Assembly (NCBI GenBank): GCA_902547295.1
Contig: CACCNJ010000004.1
Location: 18,575-82,574 of the forward strand
Length of the DNA: 64,000 nt
Origin: an uncultured SAR86 cluster bacterium
GTDB lineage: Bacteria > Pseudomonadota > Gammaproteobacteria > Magnimaribacterales > D2472
Reading direction: 5' to 3'
The position numbers and the translations under genes were made by a program. Every line of letters begins with the position of its first letter. The first letter of the stretch is position 1. Below, piece by piece: positions 8,600 to 18,334 of this stretch. The notes under the pieces were generated by a model, which was not told where the DNA came from, ran no database searches, and saw nothing but the letters and a program-made list of their open reading frames with translations.

Positions 8600-10267
8600 A
8601 TGGAACAATTTAATGCTTTTTTGGTATTACTTGATAGTAATTTAAGTGGATCTTGGTGGTTTCCAGCTTTATTAATTGGAACGGGTATATTTTTTACTAT
8701 TTATCTAGGATTTCCACAATTTAAGTATTTCAATAGCGCATTAAAAATAGTATCTGGAAAGACAAAAAACTCTGAATCAGATGGAGAAACAACTGGATTT
8801 CAAGCACTTACAACAGCTATGTCTGGCGCTGTGGGTACAGGTAATATTGGTGGTGTTGCTTTAGCAATTTGGACAGGCGGGCCTGCAGCAATATTTTGGA
8901 TGTGGATTACAGCAATTTTTGGAATGACAACAAAATATGTTGAAGTAACTTTAGGTCATAAATACAGAACAACTCTAAACGACGGCTCAATATCTGGTGG
9001 ACCAATGTATTACATTGAACAAGGTTTAAATATGAAATGGGTTGCTATTCTATTTGCATTCTTAATGATGATTACAGCTATCGGTTCTGGAAATATGCCT
9101 CAAATTAATAATATCGCTTTGGTAATGAACACTGAATTTGCTGTGCCTAAACTATTTACTGGATTATTTTTGGGAGCTTTGCTTTGGATAATTATTATTG
9201 GAGGAATAAAAAGAATTGCATCTGTTGCTAGTAGAATTATTCCAATAATGGGTCTTATATACTTTGGTGGCGCATTAATAATATTGGCAGAAAATTATCA
9301 AAATATAATTCCTTCATTTAACGCAATATTTGCACAAGTCTTTACTGGATCTGCCGCAGTTGGAGGATTTCTTGGTGCTAGTTTTGCAATGAGTTTAAAA
9401 TATGGTGTTGCTCGTGGCCTATATTCAAATGAGGCTGGTCAGGGATCATCTCCAATTGCTCATGCTTCATCAAAAAATAAATCAATTGATCAAGGCGTTG
9501 TTTCTATACTCGAACCTTTTATCGATACCATTGTTGTATGTAGTGTTACAGCGTTGGTAATTTTATCAAGTGGAGTATGGACTCAAAAATTTGATACAAC
9601 CTTCTCAAAGACAGATATGATAATTCTTGAAGGAATTTATTCTGATGAAAAAAATGTAGATGGTGAATATATTTATCCAGATCATATAAACGAATTAACA
9701 AAATATGTTCAATCTATTGATTCAAATGTAAATGAATTTTCAGGCTCAATAGATATAAAAGATGGAAAAATATTATCAGAAAATATAACTGTAATTCATT
9801 CCAGATCAATTGCAGAAGACATAACAATTTCCAATTCAATTGAGGATAGTTTATTTTCAGGAAAACTTGATGTTAAAAATGGAAAAATATCAGAACAAGT
9901 TTCTATAAATGGTAAATCACTTGTAAGCTCGGCAGAATTAACAGCAAAAGCATTCTCACAAGGAATACTTGGTCAATATGGCGGTAAGTTAGTAGCTATA
10001 GCCTTATTATTATTTGCGTTTTCTACATCAATAACCTGGTGTTATTATGGGGATAGATCTACTGCGTATATATTTGGAGAGAAGGGCGTTGTTTGGTATA
10101 GAAATTTCTACGTTTTATGTTTTGTTTTAGCTGCAGTTATTGATACAACTGTAGTTTGGAACATTGCTTATGTTGTTGTAGCACTTGTATCAATACCAAA
10201 TTTAATTGCAATGTTTGTTCTTAGAAAGGAAATGAAATCTCTTTCAGATAATTTTGACATCAAATAA
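8600..10267 (+). CDS. Alanine/glycine:cation symporter (AGCS family)
   Basis: GAVGTGNIGGVA, GGPAAIFWMW, GGPMYYI, GVARGLYSNEAGQGS, FIDTIVVC, FAFSTSITWCYYG. Confidence 0.93.
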   Translation: MEQFNAFLVLLDSNLSGSWWFPALLIGTGIFFTIYLGFPQFKYFNSALKIVSGKTKNSESDGETTGFQALTTAMSGAVGTGNIGGVALAIWTGGPAAIFWMWITAIFGMTTKYVEVTLGHKYRTTLNDGSISGGPMYYIEQGLNMKWVAILFAFLMMITAIGSGNMPQINNIALVMNTEFAVPKLFTGLFLGALLWIIIIGGIKRIASVASRIIPIMGLIYFGGALIILAENYQNIIPSFNAIFAQVFTGSAAVGGFLGASFAMSLKYGVARGLYSNEAGQGSSPIAHASSKNKSIDQGVVSILEPFIDTIVVCSVTALVILSSGVWTQKFDTTFSKTDMIILEGIYSDEKNVDGEYIYPDHINELTKYVQSIDSNVNEFSGSIDIKDGKILSENITVIHSRSIAEDITISNSIEDSLFSGKLDVKNGKISEQVSINGKSLVSSAELTAKAFSQGILGQYGGKLVAIALLLFAFSTSITWCYYGDRSTAYIFGEKGVVWYRNFYVLCFVLAAVIDTTVVWNIAYVVVALVSIPNLIAMFVLRKEMKSLSDNFDIK

Positions 10268-10268
10268 A

Positions 10269-11279
10269 TTATTCAATCATTTTTAATACAGATATTATCT
10301 CTAGATGATTTTTATTTGGAAATTGATCAAACAATTCTATCTTTGTAATTTTATGTGACCTAATTAAATTTATATCTCTAATATAAGTTTCAGCATTACA
10401 AGAAACATAAATAATATTTTTAAAATTTGAGGCTAAATTAATTACATCCTCTGTTAATCCAGACCGAGGAGGATCCAAAAGAATATGTGAAAAATTAAAG
10501 TCAGATATAGTTTTTGAATTCATTCGGTTGAAAATTTTTCCTTTAAATAATTTTGATACTTCATCAGATGAAAGACGAGCATTATGAATGTTTGAAATAT
10601 TATTTTCTTTTAAAGATTTGTTAAGGCATTTAATAGAGTTTCTATTATTTTCTGTTGCTAGAACTTTGTTGAATATAAATGATAACGGAATAGTAAAAGT
10701 ACCTATCCCACAATATAACTCTAATAAGTCATCTGGATTCTCTATGAAATCAATTACTTTAAATATCATTTTATCAACTAAATATTTATTTGATTGTGTA
10801 AAAGTATTATCAGTCTGATAAATTTTTAAATTTTTATAAATGAGTGTATCGTCTAAATATAGACCCCTTGTTTCATATTTATAGTTTTTAGATCGAATGA
10901 TAATATTTATTTTTAGATCTTCAGATACTTGATTCACAAGATTTATTAGGGATTTATCTATTATTTTGTGATAAATCATTGTGACCATAATTTTATTGTG
11001 TTGATTTGATCTAAAATTAACTTGAAATAACTTTTGGTTTATTTCGTTATTCTCATTTATTCTCTTTAAAAGTACTGGCATTAAGTTCTGAATACTTAAT
11101 GATGCGTCTTTAAAAGTTTTGATGTAAATTTTTTCATTAATATCATGCATAACATAATGATTTTTTCTATAAGAAAATTCACAACGACTTCTAAATGATG
11201 TTGCGGGACTGAGGTTAATTGCTACTTTATCGTCATAATTGTTTTTAATGTCGTCTTGAAATCTATCAAATTTATTCAT
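10269..11279 (-). CDS. trmA: tRNA (uracil-5-)-methyltransferase TrmA
   Basis: FRSRCEF, FTQSN, DLLELYCGIGTF, LDPPRSG, YVSCN, FDQFP..HLE. Confidence 0.88.
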   Translation of the reverse strand: MNKFDRFQDDIKNNYDDKVAINLSPATSFRSRCEFSYRKNHYVMHDINEKIYIKTFKDASLSIQNLMPVLLKRINENNEINQKLFQVNFRSNQHNKIMVTMIYHKIIDKSLINLVNQVSEDLKINIIIRSKNYKYETRGLYLDDTLIYKNLKIYQTDNTFTQSNKYLVDKMIFKVIDFIENPDDLLELYCGIGTFTIPLSFIFNKVLATENNRNSIKCLNKSLKENNISNIHNARLSSDEVSKLFKGKIFNRMNSKTISDFNFSHILLDPPRSGLTEDVINLASNFKNIIYVSCNAETYIRDINLIRSHKITKIELFDQFPNKNHLEIISVLKMIE

Positions 11280-11440
11280 ATTAAAAGAGTTGTAACAATT
11301 AAAACTAAACCTATAAATATCACATTAATACTAATGAATAAAAAAATAATTTTTCCAAATGAAATATTATTTAGATCATCTGACAGTTGTTCTTTTTTTC
11401 TAATTCCTAAAAAAGAACTTATAATCCTATATAACCACAT
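11276..11440 (-). CDS. Small membrane protein, DUF2970-like (54 aa, not in ORF track)
   Basis: MWLYRIISSFLGIRKKEQLSDDLNNISFGKIIFLFISINVIFIGLVLIVTTLLI*. Pattern is SFLG-basic-D followed by a TM helix. The stop overlaps the trmA start (ATGA). Confidence 0.75.
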   Translation of the reverse strand: MWLYRIISSFLGIRKKEQLSDDLNNISFGKIIFLFISINVIFIGLVLIVTTLLI

Positions 11441-11446
11441 ATAAAT

Positions 11447-12037
11447 ATGAATGAAATAATTAATATCACAAAATCTGCTGAAGAATACTTGGCAAAATTA
11501 ATTCAAGATAAGAATGAAACAGACTTATCTATTAGAATTTTTATTTCTGATCCCGGCACTCCAAAAGCTGAAACTTGCCTAGCATATTGTAAACCAGATG
11601 AAGCCATGCCAGACGATATGATTTTAAATCTTGATTTAATAAATGTTAATATCGAAAAAAGAAGTATTCCATTTTTAAAAGATTGTGAGGTAAATTTTGA
11701 TAATGATACTTTTGGTGGCCAACTTACCATTAAAGCCCCTAATGCAAGACTACCAAATATATCTCCTGATAGCCCAGTTGAAGACAGAATTAATTATGTA
11801 ATTTATAACGAAATTAACCCCATGCTTGAATCTCATGGCGGTGAGGTTTCTCTTGTTGAATTTAATGACAAAAACATTGCAGTTCTTCAATTTGGAGGAG
11901 GTTGTCAGGGCTGTGGAATGGTAGATGTAACACTTAAAGATGGAATCGAGAAGACTCTCATCGATCAAATTCCAGAAGTAAAAGCGGTCAAAGATCTTAC
12001 TGATCATTCAATAAATGACAACGCTTATTATAAATAA
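11447..12037 (+). CDS. nfuA: Fe-S cluster biogenesis protein NfuA
   Basis: PGTPKAETCLAYC, GGQLTIKAPNA, INPMLESHGG, FGGGCQGCGMVDVTLKDGIE. Confidence 0.96.
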   Translation: MNEIINITKSAEEYLAKLIQDKNETDLSIRIFISDPGTPKAETCLAYCKPDEAMPDDMILNLDLINVNIEKRSIPFLKDCEVNFDNDTFGGQLTIKAPNARLPNISPDSPVEDRINYVIYNEINPMLESHGGEVSLVEFNDKNIAVLQFGGGCQGCGMVDVTLKDGIEKTLIDQIPEVKAVKDLTDHSINDNAYYK

Positions 12038-12682
12038 CTAAATTTCACTTACAGAAACTACTACTCCAAAATATGGATGATCGAAAAAGTGAATTTCTTC
12101 ATTAAATATTCTTTTTTCATTATCAATGAAGATTTTTATATTAGAGTTTCTTGTATATGAATTTCCTAAGTATGCCTTAAGATCAATATGCATGAATCTC
12201 TTTTTATAGAACTTTATAAGAAAGCCATAATTATTTTGGCTTTGATATGACAAAAAATTTGATGATTCATTATCTGGAATAGTTTGGATCCAAGATTTTG
12301 TATCAAGTAAAATATAGTTTTTATCATTAGCAATTTTTCTTTTTAGCTTATTTAAAACAGTTAAATTATCATTATCTCTATATAGAGGTTTTGGTAATTC
12401 CATAACATCTATTTCATCAACATTATTAAATAAGTTTTTATAAAATTCTGACATATTTGAAAAGTTACTATGTTCGGTCTTGTCAGATAAGGAGGCCTCA
12501 TCATATAAATAAACTAAGTCTTTATTAGGTACTTTTAATTTTGTATTGAAGGTTTCAATAGTCTCAAAATCCTTATACTTAAATATGATTAATTCTATTT
12601 TATATTCAGCCGCATCTTCATGAGCAAAAGAAATATTTATTAATAATATTAATAATAAAGATCTTTTTTTAAAAAATTTCAT
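12038..12682 (-). CDS. CsiV-like exported peptidoglycan-binding protein
   Basis: Signal peptide, YKIELIIF, SWIQ, C-terminal EIHFFDHPYFGVVV. Sits downstream of mfd as in other gammaproteobacteria. Confidence 0.7.
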   Translation of the reverse strand: MKFFKKRSLLLILLINISFAHEDAAEYKIELIIFKYKDFETIETFNTKLKVPNKDLVYLYDEASLSDKTEHSNFSNMSEFYKNLFNNVDEIDVMELPKPLYRDNDNLTVLNKLKRKIANDKNYILLDTKSWIQTIPDNESSNFLSYQSQNNYGFLIKFYKKRFMHIDLKAYLGNSYTRNSNIKIFIDNEKRIFNEEIHFFDHPYFGVVVSVSEI

Positions 12683-15600
12683 CTAATAGCTCATTTATAT
12701 TTTGTCTTCTAATCTCAGAGTTTAATTCATGATACTTATAAATAAATTTATTATTTGAATTAATTTGATATTTTTGAGGCTTATCTTGAGCAAGGCTAAC
12801 TAATTTATTTAAATGTTCGTCTTTTATATCATTTGTTAATTCAAAATTTGTATTTTTTTCATTTGACTTAATACACTTAATTCCAGTGTTCAATACTTTC
12901 AAATAAAATCTTTTGTTATCAATTAAATTTTTGGTTTCAATTGGTATCTTTCCGCATCTGTCCCTAAGATTAGTATTTAAAGTTTTTAAATCTTTTAAAG
13001 TTAAAAGTTCATCAAGTTTTTTATAAATTTTTAATCGCTCAAGAGGTGAGGGTAAATAATCTTCACTAATATATGCAGAATCATAGAAATTTATCTCTAT
13101 ATCCTTCTTAATTGATTCTTTAGTCTCTTTCTGAGAATTTATTGCATCTTTTAGCATCGATAAATACAAAGATAATCCAATGTTATCTATGTGACCACTT
13201 TGTTTATCTCCTAACATTTCTCCTCCACCTCTAAGTTCAAGATCTTCTTCTGCTATTAAAAATCCTTCTCCAAGATTAGAGTGTCTAATTATTGAATCCA
13301 ATCTATTTCTAGAAAGTTTTGGTATTTCCAATGTTGGTATTAAAAAATAGCAATAACCTTGTTTCTCTGACCTCCCAACTCTTCCTCTTAGTTGGTGAAG
13401 TTGTGATAGTCCAAAATTATGTGAGTTGATAATTACTATTGTATTAGCATTAGGTATATCAAGACCCATCTCGATAATAGTTGTGCAAATTAATCCGTCT
13501 ATCTCACCATTTTTAAACTCATGCATCACTTTTTTTATTTCTTTTTTTGAAAGTCTTCCGTGAGCAATCGATACGTTAAAATCAGGTAACAAATTATTAA
13601 TTTCTTTTTTTATGTTTTCCATTTTATCTATATCATTTTGAACAATAAAACATTGACCACCCCTTACTTTTTCTCTTGTTAGAGCCTCTTTAAGAAGTTG
13701 TGAGGTTTGTATTTTTAAAAATGATTTTATGTTAATTCTATTTGTTGGTGGAGTTTGTAGAAAAGAAAAATCTTTTAAGCCCGAAAACACAAGATTCATT
13801 GTTCTTGGGATAGGGGTTGCTGATAAGTAAAGCACATGAACATTTGATTGCTTATCTTTAATGAAGTTTTTTTGTTTAATACCAAATTTATGTTCTTCAT
13901 CAATTATTAATAGACCGGTATTCTCATAATTAATACTATTATTAAAAACAATATGAGTAGCAATTAAGATATCAGTTTTGTTTGAATTAAAATTATTAAT
14001 TATATGTTCTTTTTTTTTATTTGATGTATGTCTATTTAACTTATTTATAGATACTGGAAAATTCTCAAATCTTTTAATAAATGAATCATAATGTTGATCG
14101 CAAAGTACTGTACTCGGTGTAATAATAATTACTTGTTTGTTAGATGATACTGCGATAAATGCTGCTCGCATTGCAACTTCTGTTTTTCCAAATCCTACAT
14201 CTCCACATAAAACACGATTCATTGGCTTTATAAGAGAAAGGTCTTTTTTTATAGATAGAATAGATTCAATTTGATCTGGTGTTTCGTTATATGGAAATTC
14301 TTTTTCAAAATTTAAAAATAAATCTTTATCTGCCTTTAAACTTGATGAATTTGCATTATTCCTTCTTGATTCAATATCTAATATTTCAGCTGCGTGATCA
14401 ATAACTCTTTTATTTGCTTTTGATTTTTTAATAGACCACTTGTTTGATGAAAGTGAATCAATTTTAATATTGATGTTGTTATTTTTATGATAATTTGAAA
14501 TCTTATTAATATTTCTCAGTGGAACATATAAAACTTCATTTTTGTCATATGTTATTTTTATATATTCACTTAATTTTTTATTAGCTTCTACAACTTCCAA
14601 TCCCTCATATATACCTAAACCATAATCCTCATGAACTACTAAGTCTCCGATCTGAAAAAGTTTTGATAAAGTATCTTTTTTTTGCGAATTAGCGTTTGAT
14701 GAATCTATTTTAAATTCTGATTTATCAATATATTCTTTATGAAAAACAAGTATATTTTTATCTGCAATATTGATTGGTCTTACAATATCACCATGTATTA
14801 ATGAAACGTCTTTTTTGATCTCACCAATATTTTTAATTCTTATTGTTTCGGTTTTATATTTTTCTTTTAATTTCTCAATTTCTGAAGGTACAGATGACAT
14901 TAATACTATTTTTTTACCAGCGAATTTATGTTTTTGGATTGCTTCTTCAACCTTTTTAAATGATTCAAATGAATAATCAATTTCATTAGCATCAATTTTT
15001 TTGATTGATTCAGTAAAATTTATTACATCTTCACAATTTAAGAATAAATCTGATGGTTTAATTAATGGTCTGCTAGAGTCATGAGATTCATCCTCATACC
15101 TGTTTTCAATTAGATGATTATATTTATTTATGCTGTTATTCAAGTCATGATATTTAATATAGTCATAGTTATTAAATATCTCTATAAAGGTTGATGTTTT
15201 TTCAAAAAAAAATGGAAAATATATCTCAATACCTTCTGCTACTTCATTATTTTTTATTTTTTGAAATAATGAACAATATCTTTCATCTATATCTGTAAAA
15301 TATTCTCGCCATTTTTTAATGAATGACGAAACCTTCGAATCATCTAGGCTAAATAAACTTCCTTTAGAAATTGAAAATTGCTCAATATTTTTTATTGATA
15401 ATTGTGATTCAATTTCAAATAGTCTTATAGATTCAATATGATCATCAAATATTTCAATTCTTAACGGGTTTTTATAAATAGGTGAAAAAATATCAATAAT
15501 TCCTCCTCTTAATGAATACTCATTAATATTCTCTACATTCGTTTTCTTTTGATAATTCAAGGATTCAACAATTTTTATAATACTATCAATAGGTAGCTTA

Positions 15601-15953
15601 TCGTTTAGGGAAAATGTCTCTTCAGACTTAAAAAAGTATCTATCTGGGAATATTTCAAATAAATTTCTTACCGAGCTAATTAAAATATGCTTTTCTTTAT
15701 TTCTGTTGTTTATTAGTTGAAATCTCTGTTTAGTTATTTCTTCTGGAATTGAAAAATGATCATACGGAAGAATATCGTTCTCAGGAAAGAGTAGGATTGG
15801 CTTATTTTCAATTAAAATTGAAAGCTCATTAAAAATATACTTTGATTCAGTATTGTCCTTTGTAATAAGACAGAAAGAATTCGAAGATTTATCAAAATAT
15901 TTCTTAATAGAATATGCATAATTTTGATATTTATTTTGTTTATTTTTAGTCAT
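12669..15953 (-). CDS. mfd: Transcription-repair coupling factor
   Basis: LPYDHFS, RGGIIDIF, CarD-like VVHEDYGLG, CGDVGFGKTEVA, IIDEEHKFG, SATPIPRT, QLRGRVGRS, DLELRGGG. Confidence 0.96.
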   Translation of the reverse strand: MTKNKQNKYQNYAYSIKKYFDKSSNSFCLITKDNTESKYIFNELSILIENKPILLFPENDILPYDHFSIPEEITKQRFQLINNRNKEKHILISSVRNLFEIFPDRYFFKSEETFSLNDKLPIDSIIKIVESLNYQKKTNVENINEYSLRGGIIDIFSPIYKNPLRIEIFDDHIESIRLFEIESQLSIKNIEQFSISKGSLFSLDDSKVSSFIKKWREYFTDIDERYCSLFQKIKNNEVAEGIEIYFPFFFEKTSTFIEIFNNYDYIKYHDLNNSINKYNHLIENRYEDESHDSSRPLIKPSDLFLNCEDVINFTESIKKIDANEIDYSFESFKKVEEAIQKHKFAGKKIVLMSSVPSEIEKLKEKYKTETIRIKNIGEIKKDVSLIHGDIVRPINIADKNILVFHKEYIDKSEFKIDSSNANSQKKDTLSKLFQIGDLVVHEDYGLGIYEGLEVVEANKKLSEYIKITYDKNEVLYVPLRNINKISNYHKNNNINIKIDSLSSNKWSIKKSKANKRVIDHAAEILDIESRRNNANSSSLKADKDLFLNFEKEFPYNETPDQIESILSIKKDLSLIKPMNRVLCGDVGFGKTEVAMRAAFIAVSSNKQVIIITPSTVLCDQHYDSFIKRFENFPVSINKLNRHTSNKKKEHIINNFNSNKTDILIATHIVFNNSINYENTGLLIIDEEHKFGIKQKNFIKDKQSNVHVLYLSATPIPRTMNLVFSGLKDFSFLQTPPTNRINIKSFLKIQTSQLLKEALTREKVRGGQCFIVQNDIDKMENIKKEINNLLPDFNVSIAHGRLSKKEIKKVMHEFKNGEIDGLICTTIIEMGLDIPNANTIVIINSHNFGLSQLHQLRGRVGRSEKQGYCYFLIPTLEIPKLSRNRLDSIIRHSNLGEGFLIAEEDLELRGGGEMLGDKQSGHIDNIGLSLYLSMLKDAINSQKETKESIKKDIEINFYDSAYISEDYLPSPLERLKIYKKLDELLTLKDLKTLNTNLRDRCGKIPIETKNLIDNKRFYLKVLNTGIKCIKSNEKNTNFELTNDIKDEHLNKLVSLAQDKPQKYQINSNNKFIYKYHELNSEIRRQNINELLDEIF

Positions 15954-16015
15954 CTAGTTGTGTATAATGAGGACCTTATTCTATCAATCAAATTTAATAT
16001 ATAAAGAAAAAAAAT

Positions 16016-17197
16016 ATGGATATAAACTTTAGTAAAGAAGATATTGCTTTTAGAGATGAAGTTAGAGATTGGTTAGCTAACGATTATCCAAAGCATGTAA
16101 AAGAAAAAACTGATGCTGGTATTACAATTAGTAAAGAAGATTTAATAGATTTTCATAAGGCATTATCAAATAAAGGCTGGATGGGCTATAACTGGCCTGT
16201 TGAGTATGGTGGAACTGGTTGGTCAGCTTCGAAATTATATATTTTTAATAAAGAGCTTGGTTTAGCTGGATGTCCACCAATTCTCCCTTTTGGTGTTGGT
16301 ATGGTTGGTCCTGTAATTTACACGTTTGGTAATGATGAACAAAAAGAAAGATTTTTGCCTGATATACTCAATTTTAATACATGGTGGTGTCAGGGTTACT
16401 CTGAGCCAGGTTCAGGCTCAGATTTAGCTTCATTAAAAACAAAAGCTGTTTTAAGAAATGATCTTGATGAAGATTACTATGTTGTAAATGGATCTAAGAC
16501 ATGGACAACATTAGCTCAGAATGCTGACTGGATATTCTGTTTAGTTAGAACAGACAACAGTGGCATTAAGCAAGAAGGAATTTCATTTCTACTTATCGAT
16601 ATGAAATCACCAGGAATTGAGGTTAAACCAATAATAACTATTGACGGTGATCATGAAGTTAACTCAGTATTTTTTACTGACGTTAAAGTGCCAGCAAAAA
16701 ATCTAATAGGTGAAGAGGGTAAAGGATGGACATACGCCAAATTCTTACTAGCGCATGAAAGATTTGGTATTGCTGGTGTAGGAGCTTCTATGAGACAGCT
16801 TAATAGATTAAAAGAGATAATCTCTAAACTTGATAATTCTGATCTACAAAAAAAGGTTAATGAGCTTGAGGTTGCATTATCAGCAATTGAAATCACAGAA
16901 TTGAGACTTCTATCAGCTCTTGAAAACGGTGGTCATCCTGGAGCTGAATCATCAATATTAAAAATTAAAGGAACTGAAATGCAACAAGCCTTATCAGAAC
17001 TATTTGTAGAAGCATCAGGAGAATATGCTTTAATGTATCCAGGACCACATGGGTATGAAAATAATGATAAACCTGCTGGTCCAGATTATGCTGCTGAAGG
17101 CTTGTCTGGATTTTTAAATCTTAGAAAAACATCTATATATGGTGGAAGTAATGAAATTCAAAAAAATATCTTGTCCAAGTTTGTATTGGGTGTTTAA
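16016..17197 (+). CDS. Acyl-CoA dehydrogenase (PimC-like large subunit)
   Basis: WCQGYSEPGSGSDLASL, GWTYAKFLLAHER, SIYGGSNEIQKNI. Confidence 0.9.
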   Translation: MDINFSKEDIAFRDEVRDWLANDYPKHVKEKTDAGITISKEDLIDFHKALSNKGWMGYNWPVEYGGTGWSASKLYIFNKELGLAGCPPILPFGVGMVGPVIYTFGNDEQKERFLPDILNFNTWWCQGYSEPGSGSDLASLKTKAVLRNDLDEDYYVVNGSKTWTTLAQNADWIFCLVRTDNSGIKQEGISFLLIDMKSPGIEVKPIITIDGDHEVNSVFFTDVKVPAKNLIGEEGKGWTYAKFLLAHERFGIAGVGASMRQLNRLKEIISKLDNSDLQKKVNELEVALSAIEITELRLLSALENGGHPGAESSILKIKGTEMQQALSELFVEASGEYALMYPGPHGYENNDKPAGPDYAAEGLSGFLNLRKTSIYGGSNEIQKNILSKFVLGV

Positions 17198-17200
17198 TTA

Positions 17201-18292
17201 ATGAATCTCGATTATAACGATGAACAAAATATGCTGCGAGAGCAGATTCAAAAATTTTGTGAATCTGAATATGATTTTTATAAACGAGAAGAAATAGTTA
17301 AATCATCAAATGATTTTGATGAAAATGTATGGAATTTGTTTGCTGAACAAGGATGGCTGTCAATGCCATTTTCAGAACAGTCTGGTGGCCTTGGTTTTGG
17401 TCCAATTGAATTATCAATTTTGTTTGAAGAATTTGGAAAAGCGCTTGTAATAGAGCCATATCTATCAACTGTTGTTCTCTCCGGAACATTGTTAGATAAA
17501 TCAACATTTTCTGAAAAGAATGACTTGATTGAAAAAATTTGTACAGGATCTATACATATTTCACTCGCTTATGCTGAAGTTGATAATGGATATGATTATT
17601 TAAATCCAAGCACAACTTTAGATTCAAAATTTGTTATGAATGGTACTAAAACATTAGTTCTTAATGGATCTAACGCTGAAAAAATTATTGTAACTTGCAC
17701 TAATGACGATACTTTAAATATTGTTGTACTAGATGCAAATACACCTGGCGTTTCAATTAATTCATTTTCAACAGTAGACGGTCAATCATGCTCAGAAATT
17801 TCTTTTGAAAATGTTAAATTAGATAAATCAAATATTATTGCTATTGGTAATGATGCTGAAAACTTATTAAAAGAAACAATCAATCTTGCTACTTTATGTA
17901 TATGCGCAGAGGCTGTTGGTTGCATGGAGTCTTGTTATCATAAGACATTAGAATATACAAAAGGCAGAGAGCAATTTGGTCAACCCATATCTGGTTTTCA
18001 AGTTTTACAGCATAGGATGGTCGATATGTTTATTGAGTCAGAACTAGCAAAATCACTATTAATAAAAGCAATGTTAGAAGTTAATAATAGGTCTGATGAA
18101 ATGTATAAACATGTTTCTGCACTTAAATCGTATGTTGGTAAATCTGGAAAACTTTCAGCTAAAGAAGCTGTTCAACTTCATGGAGGTATGGGGGTTAGTG
18201 AGGAAATGATGATTGGACATTATCTTAAAAAAATGATTTCAATTGATGCATTATTTGGAAATGCTGACTATCATCTTAAAACTTTTTCCTGA
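17201..18292 (+). CDS. Acyl-CoA dehydrogenase (PimD-like partner subunit)
   Basis: REQFGQPISGFQVLQHRMVDM and VQLHGGMG. Shorter subunit lacking the SEPxxGSD motif, tandem with the preceding gene. Confidence 0.87.
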   Translation: MNLDYNDEQNMLREQIQKFCESEYDFYKREEIVKSSNDFDENVWNLFAEQGWLSMPFSEQSGGLGFGPIELSILFEEFGKALVIEPYLSTVVLSGTLLDKSTFSEKNDLIEKICTGSIHISLAYAEVDNGYDYLNPSTTLDSKFVMNGTKTLVLNGSNAEKIIVTCTNDDTLNIVVLDANTPGVSINSFSTVDGQSCSEISFENVKLDKSNIIAIGNDAENLLKETINLATLCICAEAVGCMESCYHKTLEYTKGREQFGQPISGFQVLQHRMVDMFIESELAKSLLIKAMLEVNNRSDEMYKHVSALKSYVGKSGKLSAKEAVQLHGGMGVSEEMMIGHYLKKMISIDALFGNADYHLKTFS

Positions 18293-18322
18293 TACTTTAT
18301 TTAGGTATTTCATTAAACGATT

Positions 18323-18334
18323 TATAATCAGATC
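18323..18334 (+). promoter_or_regulatory. Putative -10 element for a leaderless gap transcript
   Basis: TATAAT, then 6 nt (cagatc), then ATG. No SD. Confidence 0.5.

Noticed and set aside
11256-11444. 62-aa plus-strand ORF in the track
   Set aside because: The opposite-strand 54-aa ORF (11276-11440) has a recognisable family pattern and is coupled to trmA, so this one is its shadow.
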